A stretch of DNA of 48,095 bases, taken from sequence record SRR20825019_1265; one strand, 5' to 3'. The notes beneath the pieces were generated by a model. The model did no database searches. It saw nothing but the letters and a program-made list of their open reading frames with translations, and was not told the origin of the DNA. Both the position numbers and the translations under genes were made by a program. Below are positions 9,316 through 19,105 of the stretch, one piece after another (positions within the stretch are counted from its first letter, which is position 1; each line of letters begins with the position of its first letter).

Positions 9316-10905
9316 CTAACCGGCGTTCCTGGAGGCAAGCGGTTCCTCCGCCACGACCCGGTCGCGACCGCCCGCCTTGGCCAAATACAGGCGGGAATCG
9401 GCAAGCTGCATCAGCTCGCCCGTTGGGCGCATGCCATCGCCGGCGGCAACGCCAATGCTGACTGTCACCTTCATGCCCGGCGCGATCTTCTCCCAGTCGG
9501 CGTTGCCGATCGCGACCCGCACCCCTTCACAGAAGGCGGCCGCCGTGGCCAGCGGAGCCTCGGGGAAGATCAGGGCAAACTCCTCTCCGCCCAGGCGCGC
9601 GACATGGCCATGGGTGGCGATCTGGTCGACCATGATCCGGGCGACGCGCTGAAGCACGGCATCACCCGCGATATGGGTGTGGCGATCATTGACCAGTTTG
9701 AAGTTGTCCAGATCGACAATTGCCACCGACAATGGATTGCCAGCCAACCGGTCGAGGATCTGATCGAAGCTGCGACGGTTGGCGATGCCGGTGAGCGGAT
9801 CGGACAGGGCCTGGTCAGCCAGTTCGGCGGCCTGGGCGCGCAGCCGGTCGGCCTCGGTCCGGATTTCCTCGACGCGCGCGCGGCGGCGAACTGCTTCGCC
9901 GGACTGGCGAACGAAGAGATTGTGATAGAGCCGATGCATGCTCAGGGCCGCGGCGGTGTCGCCCCTGGCTTCCAATATGCGGCTCAACGCCTGGGCAGCA
10001 TTGACCTGGTGGTCAATCTGGCCTGCGGACTCCGCGAGGGCCAAGGCGTCCTGGCAAGCCGTCTCCGCCTGCCGATATTGACCCACCGCGTAGCGGACCA
10101 GGCCGAGTGTATAGAGATGGTGGGCATGCAGACTGGGGCTGGCCTCGCCCGGCAGGCTGGTCCAGCGATCGAGCAAGATGATCGCCTCATCATTGCGGCC
10201 ATCAGCGGACAGAAATTCCGCGCCGTTACAGAGTGCAACACGCAATGTCCAGAGATCGCCCGCCGCCGCGGCAAGGCCGGCCGCAGCCGTGCTTTGCTCA
10301 ATGGCCAGCGCTCTTTGTTCGGCGAGGCGCTCGTCATCTCCCAGCTTGGCGGCCAGCTCGGCCATCTTGGAATGCGCAAAGCCCAGATTGAGTGTGTAGA
10401 AGGCCGCAGCAGCGACGTTGCCGCCTGCCCCGGCCAGATCCACGGCCTGCTCCAGCAGCGACAACGCCAACTCCGATTCCTGGCACACCGAGAGCACGAC
10501 GCCCCGCACGTTCAGAGCAAAGGCCAGAATTGCGGGCGCATCCAGGGGTTGCGCCAATTCCAGCGCTTCGCCCGAGAGGTCGAATGCCTCATCGCCAAAA
10601 CCGAGATCGAGGAACAGGAAGGCCTCGACCGCAAGGGCGCGCGCGATTTCTTCGACGTTACCAAGACGCCGCCAAAGCCACTTCGCGCCTATGGCACATT
10701 CCAGGCCCTGCTCCGGATCGCCCATCTTGAAGCAGGTCCAGGCGATCTCGCAGAGACTGGCCGCCATAAGGTCCGCAGCACCAGACTTTTCGGCGCTGGA
10801 ATAGACAGCCTTGAAGTGGTTGAGGGCCTCATCCAGATCACCGGCGCGCAGCAGCAAAGTGCCTGCTGAAAAGTGTTCGCCAAATTCTGTACCAGTGACC
10901 TGCAC
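9316..10905 (-). CDS. TPR-repeat diguanylate cyclase (GGEEF)
   Basis: Ala/Leu-rich TPR-like helices, then DPLTGIANRR, DLDNFKLVND, RLGGEEF, ADSRLYLAK.GRDRV. Start uncertain (GTG 10905 chosen; the ORF is open to 10959). Confidence 0.88.
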   Translation of the reverse strand: MQVTGTEFGEHFSAGTLLLRAGDLDEALNHFKAVYSSAEKSGAADLMAASLCEIAWTCFKMGDPEQGLECAIGAKWLWRRLGNVEEIARALAVEAFLFLDLGFGDEAFDLSGEALELAQPLDAPAILAFALNVRGVVLSVCQESELALSLLEQAVDLAGAGGNVAAAAFYTLNLGFAHSKMAELAAKLGDDERLAEQRALAIEQSTAAAGLAAAAGDLWTLRVALCNGAEFLSADGRNDEAIILLDRWTSLPGEASPSLHAHHLYTLGLVRYAVGQYRQAETACQDALALAESAGQIDHQVNAAQALSRILEARGDTAAALSMHRLYHNLFVRQSGEAVRRRARVEEIRTEADRLRAQAAELADQALSDPLTGIANRRSFDQILDRLAGNPLSVAIVDLDNFKLVNDRHTHIAGDAVLQRVARIMVDQIATHGHVARLGGEEFALIFPEAPLATAAAFCEGVRVAIGNADWEKIAPGMKVTVSIGVAAGDGMRPTGELMQLADSRLYLAKAGGRDRVVAEEPLASRNAG

Positions 10906-11034
10906 GTCCAAAGCCCACAAGAATCGTTGAGAACAGTCTAGCGCAGATAGTTTGCACAATACTCTACGAAACGATGCTTCTGTTCATCGGCTCTTGCGAG
11001 CCGGGCTGGGCATGAAAGACCAGCTTGGCCCCGC

Positions 11035-11529
11035 TCAATCGCGGTTCGGTTTCCAGACCGGGTCAGGCTCCCGCCGCAGCGGGCCCATCCGGGAAATGTC
11101 TTCGCCACGACGCATGGAGATATTCATACGGAAGGAATTGCCGATGCGCTCGGAGCGCTCCACAAAAAGCGCGGCAATTTCGGGTGGGCAGATTTCCTCG
11201 ACGGTCTGGCGGAACAGGCGCAGCCAGCGCATGAAATGAATATCGGCGAGGTCGGGGATCGCCATGTGCTTGGGCATGGGACGGCCATTATAGCGTCCCG
11301 AGCCGAGCAGCATAGAACTCCAGAAATCGGCTATCTTGTCGAGGTGCCCCGGCCATTCCGCCTCGGGAATGACGCGATTAAAGATTGGACCGATGACATC
11401 GTCCTGGCGCGCACGGGCATAGAACGCATCGACGACAGTGCGGATCATCGCCTCGTCGAGCCCTTCGGGTGTGTCCCAGCCAATGCGATGCAATTGATTG
11501 CCCGCAGGCGGCCGATCATTTGGCGGCAT
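11035..11529 (-). CDS. group III (trHbP) truncated haemoglobin
   Basis: ATG 11529 after AGGAG. VDAFYARARQDDVIGPIF, HLDKIADFWSS, Y.GRPMPKH, HFMRWLRLF. Confidence 0.88.
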   Translation of the reverse strand: MPPNDRPPAGNQLHRIGWDTPEGLDEAMIRTVVDAFYARARQDDVIGPIFNRVIPEAEWPGHLDKIADFWSSMLLGSGRYNGRPMPKHMAIPDLADIHFMRWLRLFRQTVEEICPPEIAALFVERSERIGNSFRMNISMRRGEDISRMGPLRREPDPVWKPNRD

Positions 11530-12190
11530 GCTCGATACTCCTGATCGCATAGGTGCAACGGCGGCCGCCTGAAACAATATGCTCCTGACGCTCGACCTCA
11601 ACCTCCGGGCCCAGCACGGAGCGGAACACGTCGAGCTCGGCGCGGCAAAAGCCCTGGCAGGCCGTTGCGGCCGCGCAGATCGGACAATGGTTCTCAACCA
11701 ACAGCATCGACCCGTCCGGCTGCTCGGTCCAGGCGGCCATATAGCCTTCCTGGCTGCGCAGATCGGCGAGCGCAGCGACCCTGGATTTGAGGCCTGTCGC
11801 CGATCCGACCGCTGCTTCATAGGCGCTGCGTGTATCGGTTTCGCGGGCGGTGATGATGGTGTCGAGCACATCCTCGCCGAGATGGTCACGCACGATATCG
11901 AGCAATTGCACCGTCAGGGCGGCGTGGGTATCGGGAAAACGCGATTGGGCGGCGGACGCAAGGCTCCACAATTGGGTGGGCCGACCGACGCCGCCGGCAG
12001 CACTGTGCGCTTCCACCAGGCCTTCATCGGCCAGGCGCTGCAATTGCTGTCGGGCCGCCTCGCTGGTGGTCCCCAGGGATTTTCCCAGGGCCGTCGCCGA
12101 GAGCGCGCCATGCATCTTGAGGGACATAAGGATGCGCTCGGCCGGGCTGCGTGGCGACCACACAGCATTTTCCAAGCTCGAACTTGACAT
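11516..12190 (-). CDS. SufR-like winged-helix regulator with C-terminal Cys cluster
   Basis: N-terminal HTH (ARQQLQRLADEGLV...GVGRP), GYMA, ENHCPICAAATACQGFC..E, RRCTY. Overlaps the trHb start. Confidence 0.85.
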   Translation of the reverse strand: MSSSSLENAVWSPRSPAERILMSLKMHGALSATALGKSLGTTSEAARQQLQRLADEGLVEAHSAAGGVGRPTQLWSLASAAQSRFPDTHAALTVQLLDIVRDHLGEDVLDTIITARETDTRSAYEAAVGSATGLKSRVAALADLRSQEGYMAAWTEQPDGSMLLVENHCPICAAATACQGFCRAELDVFRSVLGPEVEVERQEHIVSGGRRCTYAIRSIEHAAK

Positions 12191-12227
12191 ATCATCTGAA
12201 AGGGTTTTCAAAGCCATTGCTTGGAAA
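12169..12227. promoter_or_regulatory. two related inverted-repeat operators between the regulator and sodB
   Basis: TTTCCAAG-N6-CTTGACAT (12169-12190) and TTTCAAAG-N6-CTTGGAAA (12206-12227). Confidence 0.6.
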
Positions 12228-12277
12228 TTAACCCGGCGCGCACAAACTTGCAAGCCGAATGCGAAAGGACCCCGAAC

Positions 12278-12880
12278 ATGACCTTCACGCTGCCCTCCCT
12301 GACATATTCAGCCAATGCACTGGCCGCCAATGGCATGAGCCAGGAAACGCTGGAACTGCACTACGGTAAGCACCATCAGGCCTATGTCACCGCGCTCAAT
12401 GGCTTCGTTGAAAAGATGCCGGAACTGGCCGGCAAGTCGCTCGAAGAGATCGTGACGTTCGCAAAGGACAAGGCTGATCTCGCGCCAGTGTTCAACAATG
12501 CCGGCCAGCACTGGAACCATCTCCATTTCTGGCAGGCGCTGACCCCTGAGGGCGGCAAGCTGCCCGGCAAGCTGGAAGCCAAGATCATCGAGGATTTCGG
12601 GTCTGTCGATGCATTCAAGGATAATTTCAAGACCGCTGCGACCACGCAGTTCGGGTCGGGCTGGGCCTGGCTGGTGCTGGGCACCGACGGCAAGCTCAAG
12701 ACCACCAAGACCCCCAACGGGTCGAACCCGCTGGCCACCGGCGAGGGCAAAGTGTTGCTGGGCCTCGATGTATGGGAACACTCCTATTATGTGGATTTCC
12801 GCAATCGCCGGCCGGATTATGTGAGCAATTTCCTCGACAAGCTTGCCAATTACGAGTTCGCCGAAGCCAATCTGGGCTGA
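12278..12880 (+). CDS. sodB: superoxide dismutase, Fe/Mn family (Fe-type signature)
   Basis: HYGKHH, FNNAGQHWNH (Gln of Fe-type), FGSGWAWL, DVWEHSYY. SD AAGGA upstream of ATG 12278. Confidence 0.93.
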   Translation: MTFTLPSLTYSANALAANGMSQETLELHYGKHHQAYVTALNGFVEKMPELAGKSLEEIVTFAKDKADLAPVFNNAGQHWNHLHFWQALTPEGGKLPGKLEAKIIEDFGSVDAFKDNFKTAATTQFGSGWAWLVLGTDGKLKTTKTPNGSNPLATGEGKVLLGLDVWEHSYYVDFRNRRPDYVSNFLDKLANYEFAEANLG

Positions 12881-12890
12881 TGCGCCACGA

Positions 12891-12918
12891 TGAGCCGCGA
12901 CTCGGTGTGCGCGGCTCA
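12891..12918 (+). terminator. hairpin after sodB
   Basis: 9-bp stem TGAGCCGCG/CGCGGCTCA, weak U-tract. Confidence 0.45.
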
Positions 12919-13001
12919 CTCCCTTATGATCTCCCCTTGTCTGGGGAAGCGCAGGTCGGAGTTTTGCGTCGGCCACGTTGCACTGGTAGCCTCTTTCCAC
13001 C

Positions 13002-13553
13002 ATGACTATCCCCATGCCCGAGTTCGAATTGCCCGACACCATGGCCCTGAGGCCGCTGCGCCGGCCAGCCATCGATGACGCCGAGTTCCGCTCGGCCATG
13101 TCAGGTCTTGCTTCGAGTGTTCACGTTGTGACCGCCCGGCGCGGCGATGAACGGGTAGGTCGGACGGCCACTTCCGTGCTGTCGCTGTCGGCACAGCCGC
13201 CCGCCGTTCTGGTGTCTATCGACATCGTGAGCCGATTGGCCGACCTGATCGCCAAGACCAGTTGCTTCTCCCTGGCCATGCTGGCGACCGGTCAGGAAGC
13301 CGTTGCCGATGCCTTTGCCGGGCGCGTCGAACCGGCCGACAGGTTCAGCATCGGACAATGGGGAGCCTGGCCCTCGGGGCAGCCCTATCTTCAAGGGGCG
13401 GTCACCGCACTGGATTGTGAAGTGATAGGGGCAATGGAGACTGGCACGCATGTGCTGTTTGTCGGCGCGATCATCGAGGCCGAGACCAGCACAGATGCGA
13501 GCCCCCTGCTCTGGCATCGGCATGGCTATCGCGCATTGCGCGGGGTCGACTGA
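13002..13553 (+). CDS. flavin reductase family protein (HpaC/RutF-like)
   Basis: FRSAMSGLASSVHVVT, TATSVLSLSAQPP, LDCEV, GTHVLFVG, PLLW. Confidence 0.88.
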   Translation: MTIPMPEFELPDTMALRPLRRPAIDDAEFRSAMSGLASSVHVVTARRGDERVGRTATSVLSLSAQPPAVLVSIDIVSRLADLIAKTSCFSLAMLATGQEAVADAFAGRVEPADRFSIGQWGAWPSGQPYLQGAVTALDCEVIGAMETGTHVLFVGAIIEAETSTDASPLLWHRHGYRALRGVD

Positions 13554-13640
13554 CTGGCCCGGCAGTGCCACACTACGGATGGGCGGTTGGGAAACTTCTG
13601 CCGCCACGCGACGTTTACCCCCGGAAAACGGGAACTTATC

Positions 13641-13919
13641 GTGCCGAAATATTACTTTCACTATCGTACTGATGAAGCGCTGATCCGCGACGAATCCGGC
13701 AGCGAGCACCCCGATCTGGATGCTGCGGAGCAGACTGCTGCAGAGATGGGCCGAGCCATTATTGAGAAAGTGGCGGGTGAAGGGGGCGAAATGGACGCGC
13801 CCCGCTCGATCGAAATTACCGATGCTGCCGGACACGACCTGCTCTATGTCGTTTTCTGGGCCGGACCGAAAGTCGGAGACGGCCCCGCTACGCCGATTGA
13901 ACCGGCGACGGTTCACTAG
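13641..13919 (+). CDS. small DUF6894-like protein
   Basis: GTG start. (M)PKYYFH...DESG.EHPDLDAA...IEITDAAG..L pattern typical of these small alphaproteobacterial proteins. Confidence 0.7.
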   Translation: MPKYYFHYRTDEALIRDESGSEHPDLDAAEQTAAEMGRAIIEKVAGEGGEMDAPRSIEITDAAGHDLLYVVFWAGPKVGDGPATPIEPATVH

Positions 13920-14008
13920 ACGCTTCCCACGCTCCGAACACTTCACCAATACGACTATGGCGGCCTACTGGCCGCCATTGGTGCATTATTCGACGTTTCT
14001 GACGGCGC

Positions 14009-14107
14009 CTACCAGAGCGTCGCCCCGGCGTGAACGGTCACCATAAAACCGAACAGCAAGGCGGCAACCAGACCGACATAGGAAACGTAATGGGACAGTT
14101 TGGGCAT
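14009..14107 (-). CDS. 32-aa single-TM small protein
   Basis: MPKLSHYVSYVGLVAALLFGFMVTVHAGATLW. SD AGGA 6 nt upstream, hydrophobic core, lies in otherwise unused intergenic space. Confidence 0.6.
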   Translation of the reverse strand: MPKLSHYVSYVGLVAALLFGFMVTVHAGATLW

Positions 14108-14344
14108 GGAAGGTCCTGCTTTCAAAACTGAACTAAGTCTATCAGATCGGTAGAGTTTAACAAGTCGTAAACGTATTGCGTGGTTGGGGCAGCGAGAAAC
14201 GGTTTGCCAGATTGTGACGTTCCGGTGAAACGCCTTGCTTGCCGACAGACACGAGCGGGACGCATCGAATACCGACCTTGGTGGTGCAGACACTGTCATC
14301 CGAGGTGCATAAGGTAGGGCTGCGAGTCACGGGGGAAGCTTGAG

Positions 14345-17300
14345 ATGACGACTTTGGTCAAGGCGCGATTGCTGGAGCTGGCAATATCAAAGTCAGCGGG
14401 CAATGACAGCCTGCAACGGCTATTGGTCGCTGCCGTTTCCGCGGCCGATTCAGACGATCTGGAGCGGCAGGATGGCGATGCGCTGATCGCTGCGTTGACC
14501 ACCAGCCATGAGCGGCTGACCACAACCCCGCAAGGCGCCACCCGTGTTGAGGCAACCGCGCCGCGCAGTCCGGGTGAGCCGTTGCTGCTCGATATCGTCT
14601 GCCCGGACATGCCGTTCATCGTGGATAGTGCCCTGGCCGCATTGCGGGCCATGGGTGGCACGATCCGGATGTTTGCCCATCCTGTGCTGCAGGTTGCCAA
14701 TGGCGTCGTCGTGCCCCAGGGGGGCGAGAGCGTCAGTATGCTGCATATTCAAAGCGATCCGGTCGCCGACGCGCATGCGCTGGTCGAGGAAATGCGGGTA
14801 ACGCTGTTGGAGGTGGCGCGCGCCGTTGCCGACTGGCAGCCCATGCTGGAGCGGGTGCGACGCGCATCCGATGGCCTCGGGCAGCTCAGGGCCGGGCAGC
14901 GCGATGAGCCGGAGCGGTTCATCGAATGGCTGATCGAGCACAATTTCACCTTTCTCGGCTGCCGGGAATACCGCCTGGACGGTGATGCCTTGCAGCCGGT
15001 GGCCGGCACCGGGCTGGGCATATTGCGCGACGAAGACCTCAAGGTCCTGCGCAGCGGTCCGCACTATGTGGAAAGCACGCCGCAATTGGTGGACTTCGTC
15101 GAAGGCCCCGATCCCCTGCTCGTCACCAAGGCCAATGTCCGTGCCCGCGTGCATCGGCGCACTCATCTGGACTATGTGGGGATCAAGCTGTTCGACGCGA
15201 CAGGGGCGGCACGTGGCGAATTGCGCGTTGTCGGGCATTACACGGCTCAGGCGCTGGCGACGCCGCATACCGATGTACCGATTATTCGGCGCAAGATTGC
15301 CGATGTGATGCGCCAGTCTGGCGTCGATCCGCTGGGACATGCCGGCCGCACCCTGCTGGGGGCGCTGGACAGCTATCCGCGGGACGAGTTGTTCCAGATC
15401 GACACCCAGCAGCTCGCCGAGTTCGCCGGCGCCATCGCTGGGCTTTACGACCGGCCGCGTGTGCGGGTCTTGCCGAGGATCGACCGGTTCGACAATTTCG
15501 TCTCCATTCTCGTCTATGTACCGCGCGACCGCTATGACGGCGCGGTTCGCGCCCGGATCACGCATTATCTCGCCGATCTCTATGATGGGCGCGTATCGGC
15601 CTATTATCCGCATTTCCCCGAGGGGGACCTGGTGCGGCTGCATGTGATCATCGGGCGCAATGGCGGCGCCACGCCCCAACCCGACCGGCGGGCGCTGGAG
15701 ACGGGCGTCGAAGCCCTGACGCATGATTTTTCCGACATGCTGATGGCGGCTGCCACCGAGCAGGCTGCCGTCAGCGATTGGAAGCAGGCCTTTTCCGGCG
15801 CCTATCAGAGCCGCAATGATGCCCAGGACGCATTGCGCGATATCGCAGTTTTCGAGGGGCTGGGCGATGATGGCGTCGCCATTCGCCTCGTCAGGCGTAC
15901 CGGCACGGACGGGGCGCTGGGCCTCAAATTCTATCATGAAGGTACCGCCATTCCGCTGTCGGACCGCGTGCCGATGCTGGAGCATTTCGGTTTCCGGGTG
16001 ATCGACGAGCGGACCTACACCATCGTGCCGCGCGATGGGGTCGAGCGCTATCTGCACGATATGGTGCTCGAGTTGAACGAGGACGGCGACATCGATGTCC
16101 TTTCGCGCGCTGGAGCGATCGAAGCGGGGCTGTTGGCCGTGTGGATGAGCCAGGCTGAGAGCGACCAGCTCAATGCGCTGGTGACCCTGGCCGAGTTGGA
16201 GTGGAGCGACGCCGCCCTGCTGCGCGCCTTGTCGCGCTATTTGCGGCAAGTGGGCACATCCCATTCGCAGCGCTACATCGCCAGGGCAATGGTGACGCAG
16301 CGAGCGGCCGCGCAGGCGCTGGTGGCCCTGTTCGCGGCAGTGCACGATCCTGCCCTGATCGACCGTGCCCACGCCGCCGAGGACGCGCGCGCTGCCATTG
16401 TGGCGGCACTCGACCAGATCACTTCGCTTGACGAAGACACAATCGTGCGGCGCTTCTGGAACCTGATCGAGGCATCGGTGCGCACCAATGCCTGGCAGCG
16501 CGACGAAAACGGCAACAGGCGGGCCGCGCTCGCCATCAAGTTCGACAGTCACAAGGTCGAGGGCATGGTCGCACCCCGGCCCTATCGCGAAATCTCGGTC
16601 TATTCGCCGCGCGTGGAGGGGGTGCATCTCAGATTTGGCGCCATTGCACGCGGCGGACTGCGCTGGTCGGACCGGCCCGAGGATTTCCGCACCGAAGTGC
16701 TGGGCCTGGTCAAGGCGCAACAGGTCAAGAATGCGGTGATCTTGCCGGTGGGGGCCAAGGGCGGGTTCGTGCCCAAGCGCCTGACAGCCGGGATGGCGCG
16801 CGAAGCCTGGCTGGCCGAGGGCACGGAGAGTTACAAGATCTTTGTCGGCGCCCTGCTCGATGTCACCGACAATCTGGTCGATGGCGTTGTGGTGCCGCCA
16901 GCCGATGTGGTGCGGCGCGACGGCGACGATCCCTATCTGGTGGTCGCGGCCGACAAGGGCACGGCAAGCTTTTCCGACATCGCCAATGGCATCGCCACGG
17001 TGCGCGGCTTCTGGCTGGGCGACGCGTTCGCCTCGGGCGGCTCAGCGGGCTATGACCACAAGAAGATGGGTATTACCGCGCGCGGCGGTTGGGAGGCCGT
17101 GAAGCGCCACTTCCGCGAGATGGATCGCGACATCCAGAAAGATCCATTCACGGTTGTCGGCGTCGGTGACATGAGCGGCGATGTGTTCGGCAATGGCATG
17201 TTGCTCAGCCACGAAATCCGGCTGGTCGCGGCGTTCGACCACCGGGACATCTTCATTGATCCGGACCCGGATGCTGCCGCCAGCTTTGCCGAGCGCGAGC

Positions 17301-19018
17301 GGTTGTTCCGGTTGCCGCGATCGAGCTGGCAGGACTATGAAAAGGGCCTGATCTCACAGGGCGGCGGGGTGTTTTCGCGATCGCTGAAATCCGTCCCGCT
17401 CAGCCCGCAAATGCAGGCTGTTCTCGGGCTGGACAAGGATGCAGCTCCGCCGTCCGAGATCATTCGGGCGATCCTGATGGCCCAGGTGGACCTGCTCTGG
17501 TTCGGGGGTATCGGCACCTATATCAAGGCGAGTGACGAGGACGATGCCAAGGTTGGCGACCGCGCCAATGACGCGATCCGCGTCACGGCGGATCAGGTCC
17601 GCGCCAAGGTGGTTGGCGAAGGCGCCAATCTCGGCGCGACCCAGCGCGGACGCATTGCTTATGCCCTGAGCGGCGGGCGGATCAATAGTGACGCGATCGA
17701 CAACTCGGCCGGGGTGAACTCCTCGGACCTTGAGGTCAATATCAAGATCGCCCTGGCGTCGGTGGTGGCATCGGGCACGCTGCCGATGGCCGAGCGAAAT
17801 GCCTTTTTGGCGTCGATGACCGAGGAAGTGGCAGCGCTTTGCCTGCGCAATAATTACCTGCAAACGCTGGCCATATCGCTCGCCGAACGCGCAGGGCTGG
17901 CCGAGTTGCCAGACCATCGCGTGCTGATCGAGGGGCTGGAGGAGCGCGGCCTGCTCAACCGCGCTGTCGAGTTCCTGCCCAATGACGCCACAATGGACGC
18001 CCGGGCTACTGAAGGGCGAGGCCTGGTTCGGCCCGAGCTTGCAGTGATCCTGGCCTATGCCAAGCTGACCCTGTTCGATGACCTGCTGGCGGGCACTGCC
18101 ATCGATGAGCCCTATCTGGCGGGCGAGCTGTTCCGCTACTTCCCGGAAACCCTGCACAAGGGCTATCCCGAGCAGGTGCAGGCGCATCGCCTGAGGCGCG
18201 AAGTGATCGCCACGGTGCTTGCCAATGCCATGATCAATCGCGGCGGGCCCGCATTCGTCTCTGAGTTGACCGCGGCGACCAGCGCTAGCGCCGGCGAGGT
18301 GGCCCTGGCATATGCGGCGGTGCGCGATGCGTATGGGCTGAGCAGCCTCAATGCACAGATCGATGCGCTGGATGGCGCCTTGCCCGGCTCGGTGCAATTG
18401 GCGCTCTACGCGCAGGTGGAGGCCCTGTTGCGCCAGGAGGTGTTGTGGTTCCTGCGCAATGCCTCGGTCACCAGAGGGCTGGCCGAGCTGGTGGCGCGGC
18501 ATCGCGACGGCGTGGCGCAACTGGCCGCTGCCGAAGGCCTGTTGCCCGAGGATCAACGCCAGGCACTCGACGTACGGATCAGCGGACTAATGACGCACGG
18601 GGTCCCCGAGGCCCTGGCGCAGCGCATCGGCGCCCTGCCCTTCCTCAGCCATGCCAGTGATATCGTGCTGGTCGCCGAGCGCGGCAATGTGGATGTGCTC
18701 AAGGCAGCCAAGGCCTATTTCGGCGTGGCTGGATTGTTCGACCTGTTCCGCATTATCGAGGATGGCCGCGCCATCATTCTGGGCGACCGGTTTGACCGCA
18801 TGGCCCTGGATCGGGCACTGGCCAATCTGATGCGGGCGCTGCGCGACCTGGCGGCCGATGTTCTCGTGGCCGGGAGTGTCGATGACTTCGTGGCGCAGCG
18901 TTCGGTCGCGCTGGCGCGGTCTGTGGCGGCGGTCAAGGAGTTGACCGAGGGCGCCATTACCGTGTCGCGTCTGAGCGTAGCTGCGGGTCTGCTGACAGAT
19001 CTGGCGAGGGAAGCGTAG
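14345..19018 (+). CDS. gdhB: large NAD-specific glutamate dehydrogenase
   Basis: 1557 aa. ARGGLRWSDR.EDFRTEVLGLVKAQQVKNAVI, VVAADKGTASFSD, GYDHKKMGITARG, GDMSGDVFGNG, EGANLG, IDNSAGV. Confidence 0.95.
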   Translation: MTTLVKARLLELAISKSAGNDSLQRLLVAAVSAADSDDLERQDGDALIAALTTSHERLTTTPQGATRVEATAPRSPGEPLLLDIVCPDMPFIVDSALAALRAMGGTIRMFAHPVLQVANGVVVPQGGESVSMLHIQSDPVADAHALVEEMRVTLLEVARAVADWQPMLERVRRASDGLGQLRAGQRDEPERFIEWLIEHNFTFLGCREYRLDGDALQPVAGTGLGILRDEDLKVLRSGPHYVESTPQLVDFVEGPDPLLVTKANVRARVHRRTHLDYVGIKLFDATGAARGELRVVGHYTAQALATPHTDVPIIRRKIADVMRQSGVDPLGHAGRTLLGALDSYPRDELFQIDTQQLAEFAGAIAGLYDRPRVRVLPRIDRFDNFVSILVYVPRDRYDGAVRARITHYLADLYDGRVSAYYPHFPEGDLVRLHVIIGRNGGATPQPDRRALETGVEALTHDFSDMLMAAATEQAAVSDWKQAFSGAYQSRNDAQDALRDIAVFEGLGDDGVAIRLVRRTGTDGALGLKFYHEGTAIPLSDRVPMLEHFGFRVIDERTYTIVPRDGVERYLHDMVLELNEDGDIDVLSRAGAIEAGLLAVWMSQAESDQLNALVTLAELEWSDAALLRALSRYLRQVGTSHSQRYIARAMVTQRAAAQALVALFAAVHDPALIDRAHAAEDARAAIVAALDQITSLDEDTIVRRFWNLIEASVRTNAWQRDENGNRRAALAIKFDSHKVEGMVAPRPYREISVYSPRVEGVHLRFGAIARGGLRWSDRPEDFRTEVLGLVKAQQVKNAVILPVGAKGGFVPKRLTAGMAREAWLAEGTESYKIFVGALLDVTDNLVDGVVVPPADVVRRDGDDPYLVVAADKGTASFSDIANGIATVRGFWLGDAFASGGSAGYDHKKMGITARGGWEAVKRHFREMDRDIQKDPFTVVGVGDMSGDVFGNGMLLSHEIRLVAAFDHRDIFIDPDPDAAASFAERERLFRLPRSSWQDYEKGLISQGGGVFSRSLKSVPLSPQMQAVLGLDKDAAPPSEIIRAILMAQVDLLWFGGIGTYIKASDEDDAKVGDRANDAIRVTADQVRAKVVGEGANLGATQRGRIAYALSGGRINSDAIDNSAGVNSSDLEVNIKIALASVVASGTLPMAERNAFLASMTEEVAALCLRNNYLQTLAISLAERAGLAELPDHRVLIEGLEERGLLNRAVEFLPNDATMDARATEGRGLVRPELAVILAYAKLTLFDDLLAGTAIDEPYLAGELFRYFPETLHKGYPEQVQAHRLRREVIATVLANAMINRGGPAFVSELTAATSASAGEVALAYAAVRDAYGLSSLNAQIDALDGALPGSVQLALYAQVEALLRQEVLWFLRNASVTRGLAELVARHRDGVAQLAAAEGLLPEDQRQALDVRISGLMTHGVPEALAQRIGALPFLSHASDIVLVAERGNVDVLKAAKAYFGVAGLFDLFRIIEDGRAIILGDRFDRMALDRALANLMRALRDLAADVLVAGSVDDFVAQRSVALARSVAAVKELTEGAITVSRLSVAAGLLTDLAREA

Positions 19019-19105
19019 CGGCCTGCTTTTCCCCTCACCCGAAAGTCTGCCTTGTATGGTTGATCCATTTGTCGAAGGTGGACACCAGCAAATGGAGACC
19101 CGCCG

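Noticed and set aside
14450-16720. 756-aa antisense ORF, and similar long ones at 2323-4155, 5492-7237, 31563-33098, 39412-40614 and 41451-42800
   Set aside because: Shadow ORFs opposite well-supported genes, expected from high GC3 codon bias; no recognisable motifs.
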